From Ramlibacter sp. (GTDB lineage Bacteria; Pseudomonadota; Gammaproteobacteria; Burkholderiales; Burkholderiaceae_C), in NCBI GenBank assembly GCA_046597415.1, contig JBKJKT010000023.1, forward strand, positions 4,243-68,242: a stretch of 64,000 bases of DNA, read 5' to 3'. A model generated the notes under the pieces. It saw nothing but the letters and a program-made list of their open reading frames with translations, ran no database searches and was not told the DNA's origin. Shown here in pieces: positions 47,402-55,455 of this stretch; positions within the stretch are counted from its first letter, which is position 1; every line of letters begins with the position of its first letter. The position numbers and the translations under genes were made by a program.

Positions 47402-47657
47402 AGTGATGCTCCGTCAATTTTAGAGACGATGCGTAATCGACCATTCTGCCCGTGAAAGCAGGACAAAATCTTTCCCTCGCGCTCATCGAAGCCGCCACTA
47501 TTTTCTACCGGCGGTTTCGCTGTTGCCAGCCCCGTCGCCGGCTGCACGGCCACTGCCGCACCAATGCGCGTCGCCTGCGCCGACCGCAACCAAAGCGCAG
47601 TCGCTCTCAATAAAAAAGGGGGCCGTAGAGCTCCTCTTTTTCGTCTGCACTCACCGT

Positions 47658-49022
47658 TCATTGCGCTGCAGGCATCTCCGCGACAAACGCTGAGAGATTG
47701 CCGGCACGCAGGAAACTCAGTGCACACGCCATCACCGCATCTTTCTCCTTGAGCCCCGTCGCCGCGCAGCGAGCCGCATCGACGTGGGCCTTCGCGCCCG
47801 GAACGCTCGTGGACTTGCCATCGAGAATTTCGACGTCAGGCTCGACGCCTCTGGAGTCCACGCTCTGACCCGACGGGCCCTGATAGATTGCAGTCGTCAG
47901 TTTCAGCGCGCCCTTGAGATCGCCAAGCATGAAGGTCGTCTGCACGGTTCCCTTGCCCGTACTGCGCTGGCCCATGACAAGGGCGCGGCCATGCTGCTGC
48001 AACGCATCTGCGACGAGCTCGGATGCAGACGCCGAGCGCGCATCGACGAGCACCACCATCGGAAGGCCCGCCAGCAACTCACTGGCATCTGCCTGCCATG
48101 CGCGTCCCTTTGGCGTGGCACTGGTGCGCAGCGACACGATTTCGCCCTGGGTCAGAAACGCATCGGCGACCTTCACCGCTTCGCGTAGCAAGCCGCCCGG
48201 GTTGCCACGCAAGTCCAGCACCACTGAACGCGGGCTGTGATAGGCCGTCGCTTCAGCAACCGCCTGATCCAGAGCCGTCCCGGCAGCACCACTGAACGAT
48301 GCGAGGCGAAGCACAAGTGCATCGCCTTCCATGGTCCACCGCACGAGTTGCCGGCGGATGAGTTCGCGCGTGACGGAGACGGTGACGTCGGTTGCAGCCC
48401 CGGTTCTCTGAATCGTGAGAACCACCAATGATCCGGGCTGGCCCCGCATTCGCGCAATGGCTTCGGGAAGCGGGATGCCGGTCAGCGGCTCGCCATCGAT
48501 TCGCATGATCAGGTCGCCTGCCACAATTCCGGCGCGCTCAGCCGGACTTCCCGGGATGGGTGCGATGACTTTCACTGCACCCTCGCTGGCCTGCACCTCC
48601 AGCCCCAGCCCGCCGAAACTGCCGGTGGAGTCGCCGCGCTCATTCGGCACGGCCCGGGCCTCGATATAGCGCGAATGCGGATCGAGCTTGCGCAGCGATT
48701 CGCGAATCGCCTTCTTGAAAACATCAGCGGGTTCGCCCGTGCCGGCCGGAAGAGGATCGAGCACCTGTGTCGCGGCCGCGGCGAGCACTGGAAGTTCGAC
48801 GCTGCGCGCGTAACTTCGCTTGACGCGTTGCAGAACGTTGGAAAAGAGCTCGCGGTGAAGATCTGCCTGCTCACCCGGTTTGACTACCCGTTCAAAAGCG
48901 CGTTGAACCGAAGCAATCGCCTCGTCATCCGGGTCGGGTGTTACAGCCGCAAACGCCATGCTGCCGGCAAGCAGCAAACAGCAAACCGCAAGGGAACGAA
49001 GGGTCGATGAAGCTTGACGCAT
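47658..49022 (-). CDS. S41-family C-terminal processing peptidase (Prc/CtpA-like)
   Basis: Starts at ATG 49022 (MRQASSTLRSLAVCCLLLAGSMAFA signal peptide). PDZ segment (GLGLEVQ...GSPAERAGIVAGDLI). Catalytic motifs RSASASE and TGKGTVQ. Confidence 0.9.
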   Translation of the reverse strand: MRQASSTLRSLAVCCLLLAGSMAFAAVTPDPDDEAIASVQRAFERVVKPGEQADLHRELFSNVLQRVKRSYARSVELPVLAAAATQVLDPLPAGTGEPADVFKKAIRESLRKLDPHSRYIEARAVPNERGDSTGSFGGLGLEVQASEGAVKVIAPIPGSPAERAGIVAGDLIMRIDGEPLTGIPLPEAIARMRGQPGSLVVLTIQRTGAATDVTVSVTRELIRRQLVRWTMEGDALVLRLASFSGAAGTALDQAVAEATAYHSPRSVVLDLRGNPGGLLREAVKVADAFLTQGEIVSLRTSATPKGRAWQADASELLAGLPMVVLVDARSASASELVADALQQHGRALVMGQRSTGKGTVQTTFMLGDLKGALKLTTAIYQGPSGQSVDSRGVEPDVEILDGKSTSVPGAKAHVDAARCAATGLKEKDAVMACALSFLRAGNLSAFVAEMPAAQ

Positions 49023-49095
49023 CGCATTTTCCAGAGAGCGTGGAAAACACAGTATGTCACCTTGCGCTGATTGGCGTCTCCGGGAAATCCGCGAA

Positions 49096-50172
49096 TCAGC
49101 GGCCCATAGGCTGCACACGCACCAGGAATTGATCGACTTGCTGCTCCCACACTTCGGGATGGGTGAGCAACGCGCCGTGCGCGGACTCGCCAGGGCCGCA
49201 GGTCACTTCGACCGTCGTCACATCGTGGTGGACGGACGTTTGCGCCCTGAACCGCTCAAACAGCTCGTGGGTGCCGTCTTCGTGCGCCAGGGGGGCGGTG
49301 AATGCATCGCCACTCGCGTAGATCCACAGGCTTGGAACGGCCACACGCGCACCATAGTCGCCGCAAAGTTCGGCTAGCCGTTCAGGCTCCCAGCGATCGG
49401 GCGTGCGCGGATTGCCGATACAACCGGCAAAATTCACCACGCCCACGACCCCGGCAATTCCTCGAGCGGCGACATCAAGCGATGTGATGCCTCCGGTCGA
49501 ATGGCCGACCAGCAAAATCTGCTGCGTGTTGGCCCAAGGCTGCGCGGCGACCCACCCGGCGGTTTTTGCGATCACGTCGCCGGCCATGCGCGCGCGCAAC
49601 TGCGGATTCAGGTGCAACCCTTGAGCAGTGTTTACAACGCCGCCTTCGCGATGGAATCCCCCCCGGGGCCCGTAACCGGGACGCAGCGGCGCAACCACGG
49701 CATATCCTCTGCTGACCCAATGCTGGGCGTGCACGGGTCGAACAGGTGTCTGGAGCGCGGCGAGGTCAGCACGGAGTTGGCCGTTGATCGCCTTCAAGGG
49801 TGGATAGCCGTGCGCAAAAATTACCACAGGATGCGGACCTGGCCCGGGCGGCCGATAAACATGTGTTGCGACCTCGTGCGAACGAATCGCACCGTCGGGG
49901 TCTGGCACGCTCATCGTGATGTTCTGCACCTCGAACGGCAGGACTTTTCCCTGCACAAGCGGATTGGAGGTGGTGGGGGTTACAAGATCGACACCACTCA
50001 GGCGCGGGCTCAGAGGCGCAAGCTGCTGAGCGCTGGCTGGCACGTCCGGCTGGGGCGCGCCGGGACGGCAGACGCGGGCAATGGCGGCACAGCAACTCAT
50101 CGGGGAAACGTCTCCTGGCATGGGTTCCAGTCTATGAAACCGAGGGGCGCATGAACCCATACGAAAGCACAT
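49096..50172 (-). CDS. alpha/beta hydrolase (dienelactone-hydrolase/peptidase S9-like)
   Basis: Nucleophile elbow LLVGHSTGG. The start is uncertain: ATG at 50172, or internal ATGs at codon 18 or 25, with an AGGAG before codon 25. Confidence 0.7.
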   Translation of the reverse strand: MCFRMGSCAPRFHRLEPMPGDVSPMSCCAAIARVCRPGAPQPDVPASAQQLAPLSPRLSGVDLVTPTTSNPLVQGKVLPFEVQNITMSVPDPDGAIRSHEVATHVYRPPGPGPHPVVIFAHGYPPLKAINGQLRADLAALQTPVRPVHAQHWVSRGYAVVAPLRPGYGPRGGFHREGGVVNTAQGLHLNPQLRARMAGDVIAKTAGWVAAQPWANTQQILLVGHSTGGITSLDVAARGIAGVVGVVNFAGCIGNPRTPDRWEPERLAELCGDYGARVAVPSLWIYASGDAFTAPLAHEDGTHELFERFRAQTSVHHDVTTVEVTCGPGESAHGALLTHPEVWEQQVDQFLVRVQPMGR

Positions 50173-50235
50173 CGAGCTGTGCGGGCGGTGCTGCCACCGG
50201 ACAGGTGCTAAACCAGGCCCCTAGCCAGGCCAGCC

Positions 50236-50859
50236 TCAGCGCCTGCAGGCGGAAGTCGCGAACTTGCGGTCTGCGCCCCAGGTGCCATAGCTGGTCGTAT
50301 CGATGTGCATACGGCCCGATGGGTACAGGGAAAAACCCATCTTGTGTTCGCGCCCCTCTTGCCACCAGAAGTCGCAGATGCGAGCGACCGTGGGGCCAAG
50401 CTCATCCCCTAGCAGCGGCACGATGTCAAAGGCCGCTCCCGTGGGATGCCGCTTGCCCGCGCCATCCGCGCAGGTCTCGACACGGGGATTGCGGTAGGCC
50501 GACACGATCTCGAAAGCAGGCAGCACCTTCTGGTCGCGCAGGCGTGCAATGAGCCGGAGCGTACGCGCTGTGGAGGGCCAAAGCGCTTCGGGTGGCACTT
50601 CAAAAGGCGCAGCCTGCACGTTTCGACATGCATGCGAATCCCAGGCGCTGGCCGTGCGCAACAGCTGATGAACCGGGGCGACCCTGTGCACACCCTCCCT
50701 CTGCAGGAATGCCTCATAGGAAGCGACTGCCGCCGCATTACCTTGTGCGACCCAGCGTGCGAAAAACTTCGGGTCCCGATCATCCGCACATGCACCCACT
50801 GCAGGCAGCGCAGTCCAGATGGCCGCACAAACAACCGACCTCACCTGCGTGGAGCGCAT
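50236..50859 (-). CDS. peptidase M15 / D-Ala-D-Ala carboxypeptidase-fold lipoprotein
   Basis: Signal peptide with a lipobox-like AVGAC. Zn-binding pattern HPTGAAFDI ... RMHID (H-x6-D ... H-x-D, hedgehog/DD-peptidase fold). Confidence 0.6.
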   Translation of the reverse strand: MRSTQVRSVVCAAIWTALPAVGACADDRDPKFFARWVAQGNAAAVASYEAFLQREGVHRVAPVHQLLRTASAWDSHACRNVQAAPFEVPPEALWPSTARTLRLIARLRDQKVLPAFEIVSAYRNPRVETCADGAGKRHPTGAAFDIVPLLGDELGPTVARICDFWWQEGREHKMGFSLYPSGRMHIDTTSYGTWGADRKFATSACRR

Positions 50860-50878
50860 GTCTGTGAAACCTGCGCAG

Positions 50879-51418
50879 TTAGCGCACTGCCTGCGCGCTG
50901 AACTGGGCAGCGGCCCAATCGCCCGCCCGTGCTCGCGTCAGCTTGAAACCGGGAGACACGCGGGCCTCGCTGAGGACCTCACCTGCCGCGTCGATTGCGC
51001 GAAGCATGGCGGACGGATTTTCTTCATCGGGCTGGATGTCCAGCATGACCGTGATGCGAGCGCCCTCATGATCGATTTCAATTTGCTGGTGCAGCGCTGC
51101 GTGTAACTGCTGCTCATGCCGGCGCACGAACTCTGCAGCCGTCTTCACGAGCGTGTGAAACGCCGACGTATCGAGTGGCTTGGGGTTCTTCTTGTCGCGG
51201 CCCATGGTCCAGGGGCCGATGAGCGCCGGCTCAGTCTGACCATCCGGCGTCATGGCCACAGCCCATCCGTCATCGTCCTCGCTCTTGATCACGCGGGCTG
51301 TCCATCCGTTGTCACGCCACAGGCGCGGCTCGCGGATAGGTTCGTTTTCGGTTTCCATTCGGCTCTCAATATTGGATTCGTGCATCGCCGCCATTGTCGG
51401 GTAAGGCGCGTCCCACAT
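50879..51418 (-). CDS. hypothetical protein (159-179 aa)
   Basis: Coding-like codon bias. The best RBS (GAGAG) precedes the internal ATG at 51358 (METENEPIREPRLWRDNGW...). No domain recognised. Confidence 0.55.
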   Translation of the reverse strand: MWDAPYPTMAAMHESNIESRMETENEPIREPRLWRDNGWTARVIKSEDDDGWAVAMTPDGQTEPALIGPWTMGRDKKNPKPLDTSAFHTLVKTAAEFVRRHEQQLHAALHQQIEIDHEGARITVMLDIQPDEENPSAMLRAIDAAGEVLSEARVSPGFKLTRARAGDWAAAQFSAQAVR

Positions 51419-51494
51419 GGCTCAGGCGGGCAGACCGACGCCCGCACCCCAGCAGGCCTCACAAACTCAATGACTCACCAACCAAGGAATCACC

Positions 51495-51827
51495 ATGGCT
51501 TTCAGCAGCATCCTGGGCGCAGACGTCGCACCGGTTCATCCGAGCGGCCGCGACAGCGCATCGCTTGGCCCGAGCGACAACTCCGACACCGGCAGCGACA
51601 CCGTGGGCACCTACGAAGCGCTGGGCGACACCGATTCGGTCGGCACAGGTGAGCGCGGCTCCGTGACGCACGACGATGGGCGAGAAGGCGGCGACATCTT
51701 GCCCGATCGCGTCGTGAACATGGAGGGTGGAGATGTCGACTCGGCGGACGACCTGCCCGACCTGACGGACCTGGATGAAGACGGATTGCCCAAAGGCTCC
51801 GCCGACGAACTGCGCGATGGCGACTGA
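51495..51827 (+). CDS. small acidic Asp/Gly/Ser-rich protein (110 aa), predicted disordered
   Basis: ATG at 51495 follows AAGGAA. LGPSDNSDTGSDTVG...GTGERGS...DILPDRVV resembles a conserved small protein family I recall from Burkholderiales, which has no assigned function. Confidence 0.55.
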   Translation: MAFSSILGADVAPVHPSGRDSASLGPSDNSDTGSDTVGTYEALGDTDSVGTGERGSVTHDDGREGGDILPDRVVNMEGGDVDSADDLPDLTDLDEDGLPKGSADELRDGD

Positions 51828-51904
51828 GTGCAAGCAGCGTGAGCTGCTGAAAAAAGTCTTTGGTTGCGCGGTTCGAAAGCCGGAAAGCGGCTCGACCGAA
51901 GCAG

Positions 51905-52813
51905 CTACCTCGCCAGCGTCGACGCCCCGAACAGGCTCTGGATGAACTCCACCGCCAGCTCGGCCGTGCGATTGCGCACGTCGAGTGCAGGATTGATCTC
52001 CACGACATCGAGCGAGGCCATCTTGCCGGTGTCGGCAATCATCTCCATGCACAGCTGGATCTCGCGATAGGTCGGGCCGCCGCGCACGGCAGTGCCCACT
52101 CCCGGCGCATCAGCGGGATCAAGGCAGTCCAGGTCGAAGCTCACGTGCAGATGCGTGTCTTCGCCCACGTCCTGAAGCACTTCGATCATGGTGTGACGCA
52201 TGCCGTGCTCGTCGATATGCCGCATGTCATACACCTGCAGACCCAGACGGCGGATGGTCTGCTTTTCGTGCGCATCGACGCTGCGAATACCCACAAAGTC
52301 GATTTCGTCGGCACTGAGGGCCGCCGTCTCGCCGCTCCAGCCCACCAGCGACTTCGGCCCGTACCCGAGCAGCACCGACACCGGCATTCCGTGCACATTG
52401 CCCGAAGGACTGATGGTCGCGTCGTTGACGTCGGTGTGCGCATCGAACCACACGACGCGCAGCTTTTTTTTCGTGCGACGGCAGTGCTTGGCGATCGCGC
52501 TGATCGAGCCTATCGCCAGGCAATGATCACCGCCCATGAGTAACGGAAACTGCCCGGCTGCGAGGACCGCCGTGACGCGATCGAATACCGCCCTGTTCCA
52601 GGCCACCACTTCTTCCAGATGACGCACGCCGTCTTTCGGCGGTGTCCAGGGGGTCGGGGGGCCGGCCAGGTTGCCGTGATCGATGACGTTGAGCCTGCTG
52701 GAGGTGAGCGCCTCATAGAGGCCCGCCACGCGAAGCGCATCGGGGCCCATGCCCGCGCCACGAACACTGGCACCGACATCGGTCGGTGCGCCGATGAGGG
52801 AAACAGTTCTCAT
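51905..52813 (-). CDS. rocF: arginase
   Basis: Starts at the internal ATG 52813 (MRTVSLIGAPTDVGAS...). Ureohydrolase Mn motifs GGDHCLAIGS, WFDAHTDVN and VSFDLDCLDP. About 302 aa. Confidence 0.85.
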   Translation of the reverse strand: MRTVSLIGAPTDVGASVRGAGMGPDALRVAGLYEALTSSRLNVIDHGNLAGPPTPWTPPKDGVRHLEEVVAWNRAVFDRVTAVLAAGQFPLLMGGDHCLAIGSISAIAKHCRRTKKKLRVVWFDAHTDVNDATISPSGNVHGMPVSVLLGYGPKSLVGWSGETAALSADEIDFVGIRSVDAHEKQTIRRLGLQVYDMRHIDEHGMRHTMIEVLQDVGEDTHLHVSFDLDCLDPADAPGVGTAVRGGPTYREIQLCMEMIADTGKMASLDVVEINPALDVRNRTAELAVEFIQSLFGASTLAR

Positions 52814-52823
52814 CACGACTGCT

Positions 52824-53807
52824 TTATTGCGGCTCGATGCCTGCCTTCTTGACCAGCGCCGCGTACTTTGCCAGCTCGCTTCTGAACGACGCCGTCGCCT
52901 GGTCGCTGCTGGTGATGTTGATGGTGTTGCCCTGCTTTGCCATTGTTTCCCTGACGGTCGGGTCGGCAAAGGCGGCCACCACGGCATCGTGCGTTTTCCT
53001 GACGGCCGCCGGCGTCATGCCCTTGGGTCCGATCACTGCAAACCACGCCTCCATCACATAGCCGGTAAGGCCCTGCTCATAGAACGTGGGGATATCTGGA
53101 GCAGCCGGGGTGCGCTGCGCGGTCGCCATGCCGATAGCGCGCAGCGCGCCGCTCTTGATGTGCGCCTGCACGCTTGGCAGCGCGGCCACACCGAACTCCA
53201 CCTGTCCGCCGATGAGGTCGGTGACCATCGGACCGACACCCTTGTACGGAATGTGCTTTGCGGTCAGTCCGGCTTCTTCCAGGAACATCTCGCTGGCCAG
53301 ATGCAGGATGGTGCCAGTGCCTCCCGAAGCAAAGTTGAGCTGCCCGGGCCTGCTCTTGAGAAGGGCAATGAATTCCCTGCTGTTGGTGGCGGACACCTTG
53401 GCCGGATTCACCACCATCACCATCGGCGTCGAACCGACGATGGCGATGGGCGTGAAGTCGTTGGGCATATCGAAGGGCAGCGCCTTGAGCACGCTCGGGA
53501 AGATCACGACGTTGTTCGATACAACTGACAGCGTGTAGCCATCGGGTGCGGAGCGGGCCAGCGTCTGCAGGCCAAGCACGCCGCCTGCGCCCGGCTGGTT
53601 TTCAACGACGACCGGCGAGCCCAACGCCCGCGCAAGCGCCGGCTGCGCTGCACGCGTGATGGCATCCACGCCCGAGCCCGTGGCGTTGGGCAGGATGAAA
53701 CGAACATTGCGGTCTGCCTGGGCTGCAGCAGGCAGGGCGAGCGAAGCGGTGACACCGGCGATAGCCGCGAGTGCGTGGCGACGCGAGGAAGAATACGAGT
53801 GGTTCAA
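52824..53807 (-). CDS. Bug/TctC-family substrate-binding protein
   Basis: Probable TTG start at 53807, 5 nt after AAGGAG (alternative ATG at 53855). Tat-like signal SSRRHALAAIAGVTASLALPAAAQA. ILPNATGSGVD motif. Confidence 0.85.
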   Translation of the reverse strand: MNHSYSSSRRHALAAIAGVTASLALPAAAQADRNVRFILPNATGSGVDAITRAAQPALARALGSPVVVENQPGAGGVLGLQTLARSAPDGYTLSVVSNNVVIFPSVLKALPFDMPNDFTPIAIVGSTPMVMVVNPAKVSATNSREFIALLKSRPGQLNFASGGTGTILHLASEMFLEEAGLTAKHIPYKGVGPMVTDLIGGQVEFGVAALPSVQAHIKSGALRAIGMATAQRTPAAPDIPTFYEQGLTGYVMEAWFAVIGPKGMTPAAVRKTHDAVVAAFADPTVRETMAKQGNTINITSSDQATASFRSELAKYAALVKKAGIEPQ

Positions 53808-53867
53808 GATGGCTCCTTGATTGGCGATGTCCGCCCATGATGCCACCGCAGCCATACTCTTTGCACC

Positions 53868-54440
53868 ATGGAAGCATTCCTCATCTCGACCGGCATCGTT
53901 GCCATCGCCGAAATCGGCGACAAGACGCAGCTGCTGTCGTTTCTGCTCGCCGCGAAATTCCGCAAGCCCTGGCCCATCGTCCTGGGTATTTTCGTTGCCA
54001 CCCTCGTCAATCACGCACTGGCCGGCGCACTCGGTGCGCTCGTGGCCTCCTGGGTCGAGCCCACGACCCTGCGCTGGATTCTGGGCGTTTCGTTTCTGGC
54101 GATGGCGGTATGGGCGCTGGTCCCGGACAAGCTGGACGACAAGCCCAAGCTCGCGGCGTTCGGCGTCTTCGGAACCACCCTCGTCGCGTTTTTCCTGGCA
54201 GAGATGGGCGACAAGACGCAGGTCGCGACCGTGGCCCTCGCGGCTCGCTACGACGCGCTGGCACCGGTTGTCATCGGCACGACGCTGGGAATGATGATCG
54301 CCAATGTGCCAGCGGTATTCCTGGGCCAGCGCGCTGCAAGCTGGTTGCCGCTGAAGATCGTGCGAGGCGTTGCCGCTGCAATCTTCGTGGCGGGCGGCAT
54401 CGCGACGATTGCGGGCGTCAGCGCGCGATTCGGCTTCTAG
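53868..54440 (+). CDS. UPF0016/GDT1 (TMEM165)-family membrane protein, putative Mn2+/Ca2+ transporter
   Basis: Two copies of the E-x-G-D-K-T signature (EIGDKTQ, EMGDKTQ). 190 aa, six TM segments. Confidence 0.85.
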   Translation: MEAFLISTGIVAIAEIGDKTQLLSFLLAAKFRKPWPIVLGIFVATLVNHALAGALGALVASWVEPTTLRWILGVSFLAMAVWALVPDKLDDKPKLAAFGVFGTTLVAFFLAEMGDKTQVATVALAARYDALAPVVIGTTLGMMIANVPAVFLGQRAASWLPLKIVRGVAAAIFVAGGIATIAGVSARFGF

Positions 54441-54892
54441 CTTGCGTGCTGTGATTCAAGGTGCTTTTGCAGCATCACCTTGAGGACTTTGCGCCGATCG
54501 AGGAAGGTGCCCACCACATCGAAGCCCGAACGCAGGTTGAGGATCAGCATCGCGTGATTGCTACCCTCGGTGATCGTGGTGACCAGTTTGAATCCGTGTT
54601 CTGCGCACCAGCGGTGCTGATGTGCCATCAGGTCCGCCGCAATGCCGCTGCGGCGCGAATCGGGTGAAACGCCGCCCACCCAGCTTTCGAAGTAGGCGGG
54701 ACGCTCCTCGTAGCCGATCTTGTAGCCCACGAGTTCGTCGCCACGCAAGGCCAGACAACTCAGGATCTGATGGCGCCGCTCGAGTTGCCGCCGGAAATGT
54801 GCCTCATTGAAGGCGCCCAGACGACCAGCCAACGCCGCGATGGCGGCGAGCTCGCGCTCGGGGAAGCCTTCGACCATCCGGATTTCGTGCAT
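54437..54892 (-). CDS. GNAT-family N-acetyltransferase
   Basis: 151 aa. Acetyl-CoA motif region VSPDSRRSGIAADLM. Confidence 0.8.
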   Translation of the reverse strand: MHEIRMVEGFPERELAAIAALAGRLGAFNEAHFRRQLERRHQILSCLALRGDELVGYKIGYEERPAYFESWVGGVSPDSRRSGIAADLMAHQHRWCAEHGFKLVTTITEGSNHAMLILNLRSGFDVVGTFLDRRKVLKVMLQKHLESQHAS

Positions 54893-54954
54893 CGCTCATT
54901 CTGGAGCAGAATTGCCGCCCCACTCGCAGTCGCATCCCCGGTTTTCGCAACGAC

Positions 54955-55455
54955 TCAAGGGTTGTAGCTCAACGTCACCACCAGGCTGGTGCTGTAAGTC
55001 CCCACGCGCAAATTGCTCTGTCCCCCGGGCACCTTGCCGTAGGCGGTGAACGTGCGATTGCTGTCGCCTGGCGCGATCACCCCGGAAAACATGCTGCCCG
55101 TCGCGCCGTCGCCCCAGATCATCGAAAAGCCCGGGTCCAGGTACACATTGAACTGCATGTACGGGCCGCCCTGTGAATTGGCCATCAGGCGAGGCGACAT
55201 GCTGTTGCCCACAGGGCTGCTGCCCAGCGCGAGGGTGTAGGTTCCACCGGTCACGATGCCGCTGCACACCATTGAAATGCTGCCGTCGGAGATGCTGTCG
55301 GCGGAGTTCGCCTGACCAGGAAAGGCCAGAGTCTGGTAGGAACCAAACGCTAGGCCGCTCGTCGTCAAACTACAGCCGCCCGCCATGGCAAGGCTTGCGG
55401 CGCTGCTGACAGCGAAGGCCGCGGCGGCTTTCCTGAAGATGTACACGCTGATCAT
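54955..55455 (-). CDS. SCPU (spore coat U) domain fimbrial subunit, distal gene of the Csu-type operon
   Basis: The ATG at 55455 overlaps the usher stop. Signal peptide. Conserved Cys pair (GGCSL...MVCSG) and C-terminal GTYSTSLVVTLSYNP, typical of SCPU subunits. Confidence 0.8.
   Translation of the reverse strand: MISVYIFRKAAAAFAVSSAASLAMAGGCSLTTSGLAFGSYQTLAFPGQANSADSISDGSISMVCSGIVTGGTYTLALGSSPVGNSMSPRLMANSQGGPYMQFNVYLDPGFSMIWGDGATGSMFSGVIAPGDSNRTFTAYGKVPGGQSNLRVGTYSTSLVVTLSYNP

Noticed and set aside
47612-47645. Rho-independent terminator downstream of the S41 protease gene
   Set aside because: The stem needs two G-U pairs and a mismatch and has a 9-nt loop. That is too weak to list as a feature, so it is mentioned only in a finding.
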